Of a stretch of 64,000 bases of DNA, positions 1 to 10,884 are shown piece by piece. The notes beneath the pieces are model-generated. The model made no database searches and was not told where the DNA came from. It saw nothing but the letters and a program-made list of their open reading frames with translations. The stretch's first letter is position 1; each line of letters starts with the position of its first letter. Both the position numbers and the translations under genes were made by a program. Source of the stretch: Macrostomum lignano. Taxonomy: Eukaryota. The stretch is from the NCBI GenBank assembly GCA_002269645.1, contig NIVC01000994.1, positions 124,001-188,000 of the forward strand, written 5' to 3'.

Positions 1-370
1 CCCGGAATTGTGTGCTGATCCGGTTCACTCGCCCGGAATTAGCCCGGATTGTGTGCTGATCCGGTTCACTCGCCCGGAATTAGCCCGGATTGTGTGCTGA
101 TCCGGTTCACTCGCCCGGAATTAGCCCGGATTTGTGTGCTGATCCGGTTCACTCGCCCGGAATTAGCCCGGATTGTGTGCTGATCCGGTTCACTCGCCCG
201 GAATTTAGCCCGGATTTGTGTGCTGATCCGGTTCACTCGCCCGGAATTTAGCCCGGATTTGTGTGCTGATCCGGTTCACTCGCCCGGAATTTAGCCCGGA
301 TTTGTGTGCTGATCCGGTTCACTCGCCCGGAATTTAGCCCGGATTTGTGTGCTGATCCGTTCCACTCGCC
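1..370. repeat. ~41-43 bp CCGG-rich tandem repeat (cccggaattagcccggattgtgtgctgatccggttcactcg), truncated by the window start
   Basis: About 8-9 near-identical units read directly. It is followed by a CCGG/poly-T/poly-A fold-back region to ~590. Confidence 0.9.
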
Positions 371-596
371 CGGATCGCACCCGGAACAGTCACCGGATTT
401 TTTTTAGCGATCCGGGTCTATTTTCCGGAATTTTTCTTTTTGATCCGGAAATTTCGCCCGGATTCTGTAAACTTTCGTTACAGATCCGGAATTTTCACCC
501 GGATCAGATTGCATTACTGGAATAGGAAAAAATTCCGGGTGAACGCAAAAAATTCCGGGCGAAATTCCGGGTGAAAAGTTCGACGGGGTCTGACAA

Positions 597-905
597 AAGG
601 GCTGTCAGCTAACCAACCATCTGACAGAGGAGGGGTGTCAGCTAACCAACCATCTGACAGGGGAGGGTGTCAGCTAACAAACCATCTGACAGAGGAGGGG
701 CGTCAGCTAACCAACCATCTGACAGAGGGGTGTCAGCTAACCAACCATCTGACAGAGGAGGGGTGTCAGCTAACCAACCATCTGACAGGGGAGGGTGTCA
801 GCTAACAAACCATCTGACAGAGGAGGGGCGTCAGCTAACCAACCATCTGACAGAGGGTGTCAGCTAATCAATCATCTGACAGTGAAGGACTGTCAGCTAA
901 TCAAT
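597..905. repeat. ~30-33 bp minisatellite (gtgtcagctaaccaaccatctgacagaggagg) in the UCKL1 intron
   Basis: About 9 units, each with an internal inverted repeat tgtcag/ctgaca. The array ends ~20 bp before the acceptor AG at 925-926. Confidence 0.9.
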
Positions 906-926
906 CATCATCTTTGCCGCACCCAG

Positions 927-1220
927 GTGATCCTGATGGATGCCACGGTGGCCACGGGCGCAGCCGCCATGATGGCCGTCCGTGTGCTGCTGGATCACGA
1001 CTGCCCTGAGCAGAACATCACCTTCTGCACCCTGGTTGCCTCGGCAGCCGGTGTTAGCGCAATCGCCTACGCTTTCCCTAAGCTGCGCCTAGTCACTACG
1101 GCAATCGATCCGGGCCTGTCCGATGCCTACTATATTGAGCCGGGGGTTGGCAATTTCGGTGACCGATATTTTGGCACCACAGGCGGCGGTCAGGATGACA
1201 GCGGAGACGAGACCTGTTGA
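927..1220 (+). CDS. UCKL1: Last coding exon of uridine-cytidine kinase-like 1 (C-terminal UPRT-like domain); upstream exons lie outside the window
   Basis: Acceptor cacccAG|GTG at 926/927. Translation [25 protein letters not shown]...[15 protein letters not shown]...[15 protein letters not shown] closely matches the UCKL1 C-terminus. Stop TGA ends at 1220. Confidence 0.9.
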   Translation: MILMDATVATGAAAMMAVRVLLDHDCPEQNITFCTLVASAAGVSAIAYAFPKLRLVTTAIDPGLSDAYYIEPGVGNFGDRYFGTTGGGQDDSGDETC

Positions 1221-1354
1221 ACTGAGTGCCGAATAAATTTTGCGACAATACACCGATGGTAGCTGGTAGCAAAATCCTTTGTCTCTTATCCAGTAGTAAA
1301 TGTCTAGCAGGCTTCTGTTTTATCGTTTTGATTCCCGTAAATTTATTCATACAA

Positions 1355-1965
1355 CACGGGCCGGCAAACTCTACGTGCGGCACGCGAAGCCTCTCTATCC
1401 GGCCCTCGGGTCCGTTGAAACTTCACAATAGCAATGCGGCCCGCTCAGGGCTTGCGTCTCTTCTCAACCCTCTCTTCTCTCTCCCCTCTACTCACTTTTT
1501 TCTCCTCTCCCCATCTTCTTCCCTCTCTCCTTCCATTTACTCTCATCTTCTCTCCTTTGACCTCTCAATTCATCTCATCCCATCTTCTCTCATCTCTCTA
1601 GCGCCTTCTTCTGCCCCCTCCTCTCTTCTTTGCTCTCTAGCCTCTCATCTCTCCTCTCCTCTGTCTCTAGCCTCTCCTCTCTCCGCTCTTTTCTCTCTAG
1701 CCTCTCCCCTCTCCACTCCTCTGTCTCTAGCCTCTCCTCTCTCCGCTCTTTTCTCTCTAGCCTCTCCTCTCTCCGCTCTTTTCTCTCTAGCCTCTCCTCT
1801 CTCCGCTCTTTTCTCTCTAGCCTCTCCTCTCTCCTCTCCTCTTTTCTCCCAAGCATTCTCCCTCTCCTCTCTCTCTAGCCTCTCCCCTCTCCTCTTCTCT
1901 AGCCTCTCCTCTCTCCGCTCTTCTCTGTCATCTGGCCATTGAGTTAAAAAGTTTGCCAACCTATG
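1355..1965 (+). mobile_element. Non-autonomous hAT-like element with an internal CT-rich expansion (copy 1)
   Basis: Left end cacgggccggcaaact versus reverse complement of the right end cataggttggcaaact (12/16). The body (ggccctcgggtccgttgaaacttcacaatagcaat) is homologous to an inverted copy at 22682-23057. No TSD is recognisable. Confidence 0.55.
1470..1925. repeat. CT-rich low-complexity tract and ~30 bp repeat (tctctagcctctcctctctccgctctttt)
   Basis: Read directly; it generates the S/L-rich and E/R-rich spurious ORFs. Confidence 0.85.
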
Positions 1966-2589
1966 ATTTACTAGCGAGTAGCGAGAAAAGAATTGGAAGG
2001 TTCCGGCCAAGAAATCACAAGTATTAGCGTTTTTTAGATTCTTTAATTTTGCATTGGACAATTACTATCCAACAGTGTAAGAAAAGTCATCTAATCTTCA
2101 TATGCTCGAGGTGTAGAATTAAAAAACCTGCAAATTAGTTAAAATGAGCCAAATCAGTAAATGTGTATTTCTGTCTATTTAATTTGCATGTCTGTTTAAG
2201 CTGGTACTGCTGCGGCGAAATTTGTTTGAATCATTACTATTTAGTCTCAATATATGGCTTCGTATTTCTCTCCTTAAGAAGGCACGGAGACTTTTTATTG
2301 CATTAAAATGCTTTAAATTTGTATCTACAATAAGTTGCATCATTGAATTTGCATTTCACTGCCGTTTGAAAAACACACTGATCTGATTTTGTTGCTTTCC
2401 AATAGTTTGATATTTTTGTTCTATTCGTCTTTACGAAATCGAGAACTTGTTGCGCAATCTGTCTCTGTGCTTGTTTGATGCTGGAGGGCTTGGCTAATGA
2501 TGGAGTATTTGATCTTTTATTTCCTGAAATACATCTTTCTAGATTGTTTACTTGCTGTGCTTTTCCTTTGCTGTTTCTTCCTTCGTTTG

Positions 2590-3470
2590 AGTCAGTCAGT
2601 CAGTCAGTCAGTCAGTCAGTCAGTCAGTCAGTCAGTCAGTCAGCCAGTCAGTCAGTCAGTCAATCAGTCAGTCAGTCAGCCAGTCAGTCAGCCAGTCAGT
2701 CAGCCAGTCAGTCAGTCAGTCAGTCAGTCAGTCAGTCAGCCAGTCAGTCAGCCAGTCAGTCAGCCAGTCAGTCAGTCAGTCAGTCAGTCAGTCAGTCAGT
2801 CAGTCAGTCAGTCAGCGAGCCAGTCAGTCAGTCAGCGAGCCAGTCAGTCAGCCAGTCAGTCAGTCAGTCAGTCAGTCAGCCAGTCAGTCAGCCAGTCAGT
2901 CAGCCAGTCAGTCAGTCAGTCAGTCAGTCAGTCAGCCAGTCAGTCAGTCAGTCAGTCAGTCAATCAGTCAGTCAGTCAGTCAATCAGTCAGTCAGTCAGC
3001 CAGTCAGTCAGCCAGTCAGTCAGTCAGTCAGCCAGTCAGTCAGCCAGTCAGTCAGCCAGTCAGTCAGTCAGTCAGTCAGTCAGTCAGTCAGTCAGTCAGT
3101 CAGCCAGTCAGTCAGCCAGTCAGTCAGTCAGCCAGTCAGTCAGCCAGTCAGTCAGCCAGTCAGTCAGTCAGCCAGTCAGTCAGTCAGTCAGTCAGCCAGT
3201 CAGTCAGTCAGTCTGACAACCAGTCAGTCAGTCAGTCAGTCAGTCAGTCAGTCAGTCAGTCAGCCAGTCAGTCAGTCAGTCAGTCAGTCAGTCAGTCAGT
3301 CAGTCAGTCCGTCAGCCAGTCAGTCAGGCAGTCAGTCAGTCAGGCAGTCAGTCAGTCAGCCAGTCAGGCAGTCAGTCAGTCAGGCAGTCAGTCAGTCAGT
3401 CAGTCAGTCAGTCAGTCAGTCAGTCAGTCAGTCAGCCAGTCAGTCAGTCAGTCAGTCAGGCAGTCAGTCG
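2590..3470. repeat. (CAGT)n microsatellite, ~880 bp, with CAGC/CAAT/CAGG variants
   Basis: Read directly; it lies just upstream of the WW gene ATG. Confidence 0.95.
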
Positions 3471-3549
3471 TCACCCTCAGTTCTAAGGCCCATTAATTGG
3501 TATTTGAACCGAAACTCTGCTGCCAATAGTTGCGACTAAAACGGTCTCC

Positions 3550-5463
3550 ATGGCAACCCAAGCGAACGCCTATCTGAACTACCCGCTACCGCCTGGCTGG
3601 CAGTCCAAGCTGGACGCATCCAGCGGTCGGTACTTTTTTGTCGACCACAACAACAAGAGGACGTCCTGGGTTGACCCCAGGCCGGCCTACTATGCTGCGC
3701 AGGCATCCGCAATGCATTACGGTCAGCAGTCTGCTGCTTCTGCGGCTGCGGCCGCATCATCTGCCGCAGCTGCCCCTAAGCCCGCTGCTAAACGAGCTGT
3801 CGCTAGCAGCAGCAGCAGCAGCAGCAGCAGTATTAACGATGCAGCAGACTTCTCATCCGATGACGAGACAGCTAATGCGGCATTGGCTGCTCAGGCTCGC
3901 CGAGTTCAGGCCAGCTTTCCAATGGTTGAGCTGAGTCTTGTCCGCGAGCTGCTGCAGGAGCACGGCAGCGAGGAGTCCGTGCGACAGATGCTCAGGTTGG
4001 TGCTCGAGCTACGGCAGACATGAGGGCCAATCCCCAAGGCTTGACGATATAGTCAGGGCCGCTTGTACACTCTGTGTGAGCGTGTCTGCTACAGTATTGG
4101 CGCGCTTGGATGTGCCCGGGAGCTGTGGGACTAGGTCGCCGAAGGCGTTGGGCCAGAGTGGCCGCAACCCTCTTGCAATTATTATATTAACTCTCAGATC
4201 CCACTAAATCCATTCGCCGCACTCAGGGAAGTGGTGAGCGACAATCAGCAGCCAGCCTCATCGCGCCAGGGTCGGGCCTCATCGTCCGCTGGCGCCACCG
4301 CCGCTCCCGCCCTGCCGTCAGCGGAGGAGACCCGCCGATCCAATATTGACACCCTGTGCAGCGATTTCCCCACTCTGGATAGGAAAACTGTTGAACAGGA
4401 GCTCGCGGCTGCCGGAGATCGCATGTACGATACTAGAATGCGCCTGCGGCACCTGACTGATCAGCAAAGACAGCAGGCCGCTGCCGCAGCCGCTGCCGCC
4501 GCCGCCACTCTCGCCCTGCCGTCAGCGGAGGAGACCCGCCGATCCAATATTGACACCCTGTGCAGCGATTTCCCCACTCTGGATAGGAAAACTGTTGAAC
4601 AGGAGCTCGCGGGTGCCGGAGATCGCATGTACGATAATAGAACGCGCCTGCGGCACCTGGCTGATCAGCAAAGACAGCAAGCCGCTGCCGCAGCCGCTGC
4701 CGCCCAGCCTTCGACAAGCGGGCATCCGAAGCCGAAAGCCAAGCCAAAAGTCGCTGAGACGTCCGCCGCTACTCACCAATCCAAGCTGGACTCGCTGTCT
4801 ACCGACTTTCCCACTCTGGAGAGAAGCGCCATCGAACGTGAGCTGACAGCCGCAGGCGATCGGCTGTACGACACCCGGACTAAACTGCGACAGCTGGCCG
4901 ACCAGCAGAGAGAGGCCGCTTCGGCCGCACTTGCCGACGCTCATTCTGCCGCTGCTCACCCGAAACCGGCAGCTAAAAAGAAGCAACAGTCAGCAAAGCA
5001 GCAGCCGAAGCCGAAGCACTCCAGCCGTGCCTTGTCTCCGTCTGCTGGCACGTCGCTTGGCGCCCAACTGCGACCGTCGCCACCCGAAGCTGACTCAGTG
5101 CAGCCGTCGCTGCAGCAGCATGGGAGACGGCAGCCAGTTAAAACAAAATTCAAAGCTAATAATAATAAAAAGAAGTCGGCCGCCAAGAAGTCCGCCGCCC
5201 GCCCAGCCGTCGCCTCTACGCAATGGACCGGGCCAAGCGGCGGGCTGGCCAGCGGCCCGAACCCGGCACTTCTCATTGGCAGCGGCGCTGGCCGTGAGGA
5301 TCTGCGCTGCAGCGGACCGGAGCCCGGCCTGGCCAGCGGCCCGAATCGCCAGCTACTGTCGGGAAGCAGCGGCCTTGCCTGCGGGCCGCAGTTCGGCCTG
5401 GCCGTTGGCTCAGCTGGGGCGGCTTCAACTCGTGTAGGCCGATCAATGGTCACGGCTATGTAG
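3550..5463 (+). CDS. WW-domain protein with four CUE-like (FP-motif helical) repeats and a C-terminal G-P/A-x-G-P repeat region; 2 exons
   Basis: Exons 3550-3995 and 4227-5463, phase-2 intron (CTC AG|gttggt ... actcag|G GAA GTG) that keeps the frame. WW: [35 protein letters not shown]-like repeats: [34 protein letters not shown] (twice), [17 protein letters not shown]. Confidence 0.8.
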
Positions 5464-6441
5464 ACTGGCCGCTCTCTGACGTCACGGATGTACTTTAACT
5501 ATTAATTGCTCCAATTAGCTGTTAATTTGGCTGTCCTTCGTAAATTATTTTAGCAAGCCAACAATAACTATAATTTCATTTCTGCCCTAAAGTTTAATTG
5601 GATGGTTAAGCTTAGCGGTCAACAACTCTGACTCCTGCGCTCATGATCTCCCCAAGACACAGAGAGTGTACGTGCCTGACGATTAGACATTCAGGGCTGC
5701 TGTACACCCTGCGTGAGCATCCGCGCGCTTGTATGTGTTCAGGAATCAGTGGAATGAGCACAATTGCGGACGATGTCACCGAAGGTACAAAACTGCTTTT
5801 AACCTGGTGTTAAGTTACTTTCAATGAAGCACTATCAGTACTACTTAATTTAGTAGAACTAGTAGTATCTAATGTCCCGATTAAAACTTATTTAAACTGC
5901 AGTAATGTTTTTTATATTTTTAATTAATATTTTCGCACTGCTATATGAGTATCTGATTCGCCTCCTGCGTGTCTTCCTACTGATTGAATATTGAAATAAA
6001 ATCTTTGGTGCAAGCATCGCTGCCTGATTTGGCACATCAAATTACTTCCTGTATATGCATTATATTATATAACTTTGTTTTATTTGAGTTTCAAACTTTT
6101 CAGTCATTTTGTTTATGGTATATACTACTACTACTACTATTAGTAAGTAGGCAAGACAAGGGTTGCAAAGATTTTGTTAAATCATTGCTAAAAGAATAGT
6201 AACATTTATTGCTGTCAAGCCCGCTCTTTGTATTCATTATGATTATGATTATGATTTAGTAATTAGTAGAAAAATATCGTCATAATAGAGTGAATGCTAC
6301 ATGAAAGATTGAACCAGCGGCACCATATGGTTTATGTACAGAATGCAATTCTCTGTATCGATGCGGGATTATTGCAACACGGATTAGCACGCTGATTAAC
6401 AGAGGCTAAGCTACAGGGATATATTAGAAACCAGATCGACT

Positions 6442-8004
6442 CTAGAGATCTCGGCCGTGCTCAGACATGGCGTGCAGTCGCAGCTCCTTGGCGTTTGCGC
6501 AGGGCCTGTTGCACTGGTCGCAGCGCGGCAGCAGCTGGCAGTGGACGCTGCGAATGTGCAGCCGAAGATTGCACAGCCTATTGAAGCCTTTGTCGCATGC
6601 CGGGCACTGGTGACTCTTAGCCTGCAGGTGGATGGCTTGGTGCCGCTTCAAGTTGGCCGCCTGGCGGAAGGCGCGCCCGCAGGTTGGGCAGGCGTGCGGC
6701 TTCTCACCGCTGTGGATCAGCTGGGGGAAATTGTGGCGGGCGGGAGTGGGCTGAGATTAGAGCTGAGTAAGATTGGAACTGGGTGAGACAAGAGCCGGGT
6801 GAGATTAGAGATGGGTGAGACAAGAGCCGGGTGAGATTAGAGATGGGTGAGACAAGAGCTGGGTGAGATTAGAAATGTGTGACATCGGAGCTGAGTGAGA
6901 CGAGAGCTAGCTGGGTGAGATTAGAGATGGGTGAGATCTGAGACGGCTGAGCTTGAAGCTGGGTGAGATTTGAGCTGAGTGAGATTAGAGACGGGTGAGA
7001 TTTGAGCTGGGTGAGAGTTGAGACGGCTGAGATTGGAGCTGAGTGAGGCAAGAACTGGGTGATATTAAAGATCTACATTAGAGATCTGTAATTGAGATTT
7101 CAGATGTTAGATTGTAGCTGGGTGAGACGTGCATTATCTAATAGATGAAACTAGAGATAAGAGTTTGAACGTATGGGAGACAGAGATATGCGAGATTAGA
7201 TATAGGCAAGAGCAACCAGATGTAGGTGAGGTCTGAGGTAACCGGGAACAGAGATAAGATTAGAGGGTTGAGTGAGTGAGACTAGAGGATTAGACAACAC
7301 GAACGATATTGAATCCCGGAAGACGGCTAGGAAACTGTTCACAACTCACCCTATGCGTTGCCAGGGTGTTGCTACGCGAGAACGCCATACCGCAGGCCGA
7401 GCAGACGTACTTCCGGGCAGTTCGCTGCTGCCGGCCAGCAGCGCGCCCGCCGCCGCAGCTGCCTTCCTCCCAGGAGGCAGTTGCGGCGGGAAGTCGACAG
7501 CCTCGGGAGCCGGCCATCACCTGGGCGACGGACTGCACAACCTGCTGGCGGTCTTTGCCGCTGCCGCTTCCTGCTGCTGCTGTTGAAGCTGCCGACTGCA
7601 ACTCCGGCTGCTTCAACGGTTGCTGCTGTCGCGGCTTTGCGGGCGACGACAGAATGGCTTCGACAGAGAACTTCAGTTTGGGAGCCGGTGCTGGAGGCGG
7701 CGGTGGCGGCGGCGGTGACTGCTGCTGATTCGGCCGCTGCTGCTGCCACGGCCAGAAAGGGAAGCTGGCCAGATCCAGCAGCTGTTGCTGAGGCAACGGC
7801 TGCCGAGGTAACAGGCTGCTCGCGTAGGCGTATTGAAGCTGCAATGGGTGGGCAAGATATGATGAAGATTAACATTTGACCAGCTTCCAATAAAAAACCA
7901 TCGCTGCTTTGGTGATAAAAAAGTTAAAGCCAGGCTTGCTCATTTGATGCTTACAGGTATGCAAAACAATTAAATAATGTTTCACCACTTACTGAAAAAT
8001 GCAT
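6442..8004 (-). CDS. C2H2 zinc-finger transcription factor (4 fingers) with an eh1-like Groucho-binding motif (Fez/Gfi-like); 3 exons, ~259 aa
   Basis: Exons 8004-7993 (ATG CAT TTT TCA|gtaagt), 7838-7350 (ttgcag|CTT ... CAT AGG|gtgagt) and 6720-6442 (cccccag|CTG ATC CAC AGC GGT GAG AAG); all phase 0. Motif KFSVEAIL. Fingers CSAC..THRLIH, CPTC..KRHQAIH, CPAC..LHIRSVH, CDQC..LHAMSEH; linker HSGEKP. Confidence 0.82.
6750..7260. repeat. Degenerate gagattagagctgggt-type minisatellite in zinc-finger gene intron 2
   Basis: Read directly; pyrimidine-rich on the sense (-) strand and adjacent to the acceptor at 6721. Confidence 0.8.
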
Positions 8005-8243
8005 AATCAGTGTAGGGATCTTCGCGCTAAGTTTGTGTGGTGTTAATAATGTGTTCCTCCTTTGGTTTGGTTCAATAGCGAAGGTGTTAAGAGGCTGAAG
8101 AGCTTTACTGGAGGATGGGACCGCAGGCCTTGTGAGAGGGGGCCTTTCTATTGAGGTTGGGGGCTCGGAGCGGAGGGGTTGAGGGCGACCTCCCCCCACC
8201 GCAGACCCCCATCTCCTCCTCCCTTTCACTTTCTGAGCAGCAG

Positions 8244-8310
8244 CTAACAGGGGTCTTCTCATCCCTTCTTTATAAACCGATGACGCAATCGAGTTTAGTC
8301 GGAGCCAATC
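8244..8310 (-). promoter_or_regulatory. Putative core promoter of the zinc-finger gene
   Basis: TATAAA on - at 8274-8269, TGACGCAAT at 8281-8289, CCAAT at 8305-8309; ~270 bp upstream of the predicted ATG. Based on motifs only. Confidence 0.4.
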
Positions 8311-8554
8311 CCGAGTATTGCTGAGCTCTACGAGAAATTAGCCTTTGATCTGCCCCTCTCTTGCAGCTCTGCCAGTTTAGTATTTGATCTCACGATTTGG
8401 TGCGAAGTGAATCTGTTGAAGTGGTCGCGGGTTCGGTCTTTACAGGTGCTTGATTATGCTGAGTGATTGGGGCCGGTTGTTAGTTACTGCCAGTTGGGGG
8501 ACCACATGGCTATCCCTTGGATTCTTGGCGCCCTGGAGAAAATGAATTGGAGGT

Positions 8555-9128
8555 TGAGAAGGTAGAGAGGGTAGAGAAGGTAGAGAGGGTTGAGAGGGTA
8601 GAGAGGGTAGAGAAGGTAGAGAGGGTGGAGAGGGTAGAGAAGGTAGAGTGAGTAGAGAGAATAGAGAAGGTAGAGTGGGTAGAGAAGGTGGAGTGGATGG
8701 AGAGGGTAGAGAGGGTAGAGAAGGTAGAGAGGGTAGAGAAGGTAGAGTGGGTGGAGAGGGTAGAGAAGGTAGAGTGAGTAGAGAGGGTAGAGAAGGTAGA
8801 GTGGGTAGAGAGGGTAGAGAAGGTGGAGTGGATGGAGAGGGTAGAGAGGGTAGAGAAGGTAGAGAGGGTAGAGAAGGTAGAGAGGGTAGAGAAGGTAGAG
8901 TGGGTAGAGACGGTAGAGAAGGTAGAGTGTGTAGAGAGGGTAGAGAAGGTAGAGAGGGTAGAGAGGGTAGAGAAAGTAGAGAGGGTAGAGAAGGTAGAGA
9001 GGGTGGAGAGGGTAGAGAAGGTAGAGAGGGTAGAGAAGGTAGAGAAAGTAAAGAGATTAGAGAAGGTAGAGAGGGTAGAGAAGGTAGAGAGGGTAGAGAA
9101 GGTAGAGTGGGTGGAGTGGGTAGAGAGG
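8555..9128. repeat. Purine-rich 9/18-bp repeat (agagggtag/agaaggtag)
   Basis: Read directly; it produces the EGR/ERV spurious ORFs. Confidence 0.9.
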
Positions 9129-9832
9129 GGGGGCAGATAGTCTTACATTCTTGCGACCACTTTTACCTATGTTGGCGCCAATTTCAGCCACTTCTTGCGT
9201 CAAAATTCCAAATTGACGGTCTTTTCTCTTTGATTTCCTCCCGTTAAGCCTTCATTGCAAAGCCCCCCCATCGGCACTCAGCACCGACCCCGAGGGCCCA
9301 GGTTGTCCAACAGCCACCTGCACGGTACGTAACGCACGATTGCACGCAGGCTCCATTAAAGCCCAGTTTTCAACCCCACTGGCCGTACACAACTGCTATT
9401 ATCTTCTGAAGTTAAAAAAAGACTCGTGTAAAAGACCACGTCAGCAGAAATATTGCGCAAGAACATTTCTATAAGCCGCCATTGAATTTTTCGACAAATC
9501 CTCAGCGGCCGCAGTGCCTCTGGGAAGCCGGCCAAGCATGGCGCGTCCAGACTCCCTCTCAGCTCGGGGCAGACTCAGTCCTGATTGCGTCACATGCGAT
9601 ATGCCTGCTTTTGTATAATGCTTCTTTTAATCTTTTGCACAAGACTAATTATTAGAAACTGCAATTCTTGACTTCCCATTGATCACAATACGCATATTGA
9701 AGTATTGTCAGCACTTATATTCTCAGCACAATTAGATGGTGTTCTTTACGAATTAAAGCTACTTAAAGTTTATCCTTTCATGGCTGGGCATTGAATTTGT
9801 TAGGATCGACTGAGCTTGGACGACTGAGACTG

Positions 9833-9919
<87 letters not shown>

Positions 9920-9920
9920 G

Positions 9921-9957
<37 letters not shown>

Positions 9958-9958
9958 T

Positions 9959-10012
<54 letters not shown>

Positions 10013-10013
10013 C

Positions 10014-10048
<35 letters not shown>

Positions 10049-10049
10049 C

Positions 10050-10096
<47 letters not shown>

Positions 10097-10113
10097 CCTA
10101 CCTAACTAACTAC

Positions 10114-10154
<41 letters not shown>

Positions 10155-10173
10155 CAACTAACTAACTAACTAC

Positions 10174-10254
<81 letters not shown>

Positions 10255-10255
10255 C

Positions 10256-10288
<33 letters not shown>

Positions 10289-10289
10289 C

Positions 10290-10322
<33 letters not shown>

Positions 10323-10337
10323 CAACTAACTAACTAC

Positions 10338-10382
<45 letters not shown>

Positions 10383-10383
10383 C

Positions 10384-10440
<57 letters not shown>

Positions 10441-10441
10441 C

Positions 10442-10474
<33 letters not shown>

Positions 10475-10475
10475 C

Positions 10476-10508
<33 letters not shown>

Positions 10509-10509
10509 C

Positions 10510-10556
<47 letters not shown>

Positions 10557-10605
10557 CCTAACTAACTAACTAACTAACTAACTAACCAACTAACTAACTA
10601 ACTAC

Positions 10606-10642
<37 letters not shown>

Positions 10643-10669
10643 CAACTAACTAACTAACTAACTACCTAC

Positions 10670-10706
<37 letters not shown>

Positions 10707-10741
10707 CAACTAACTAACTAACTAACTAACTGACTAACTAC

Positions 10742-10778
<37 letters not shown>

Positions 10779-10779
10779 G

Positions 10780-10810
<31 letters not shown>

Positions 10811-10884
10811 GAACTAACTAACTAACTCACTAACTAACTAACTCACTAACTAACTAACTCACTAACTAACTAACTAACTAACTA
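9833..10884. repeat. (CTAA)n microsatellite, ~1.05 kb
   Basis: Read directly, with CTAC/CCAA/CTCA variants. Confidence 0.95.

Noticed and set aside
2475-3539. SQSV-repeat 354-aa ORF
   Set aside because: It is a translation of the (CAGT)n microsatellite.
9833-10884. Telomeric repeat
   Set aside because: The unit is CTAA/TTAG, not TTAGGG or TTAGG.
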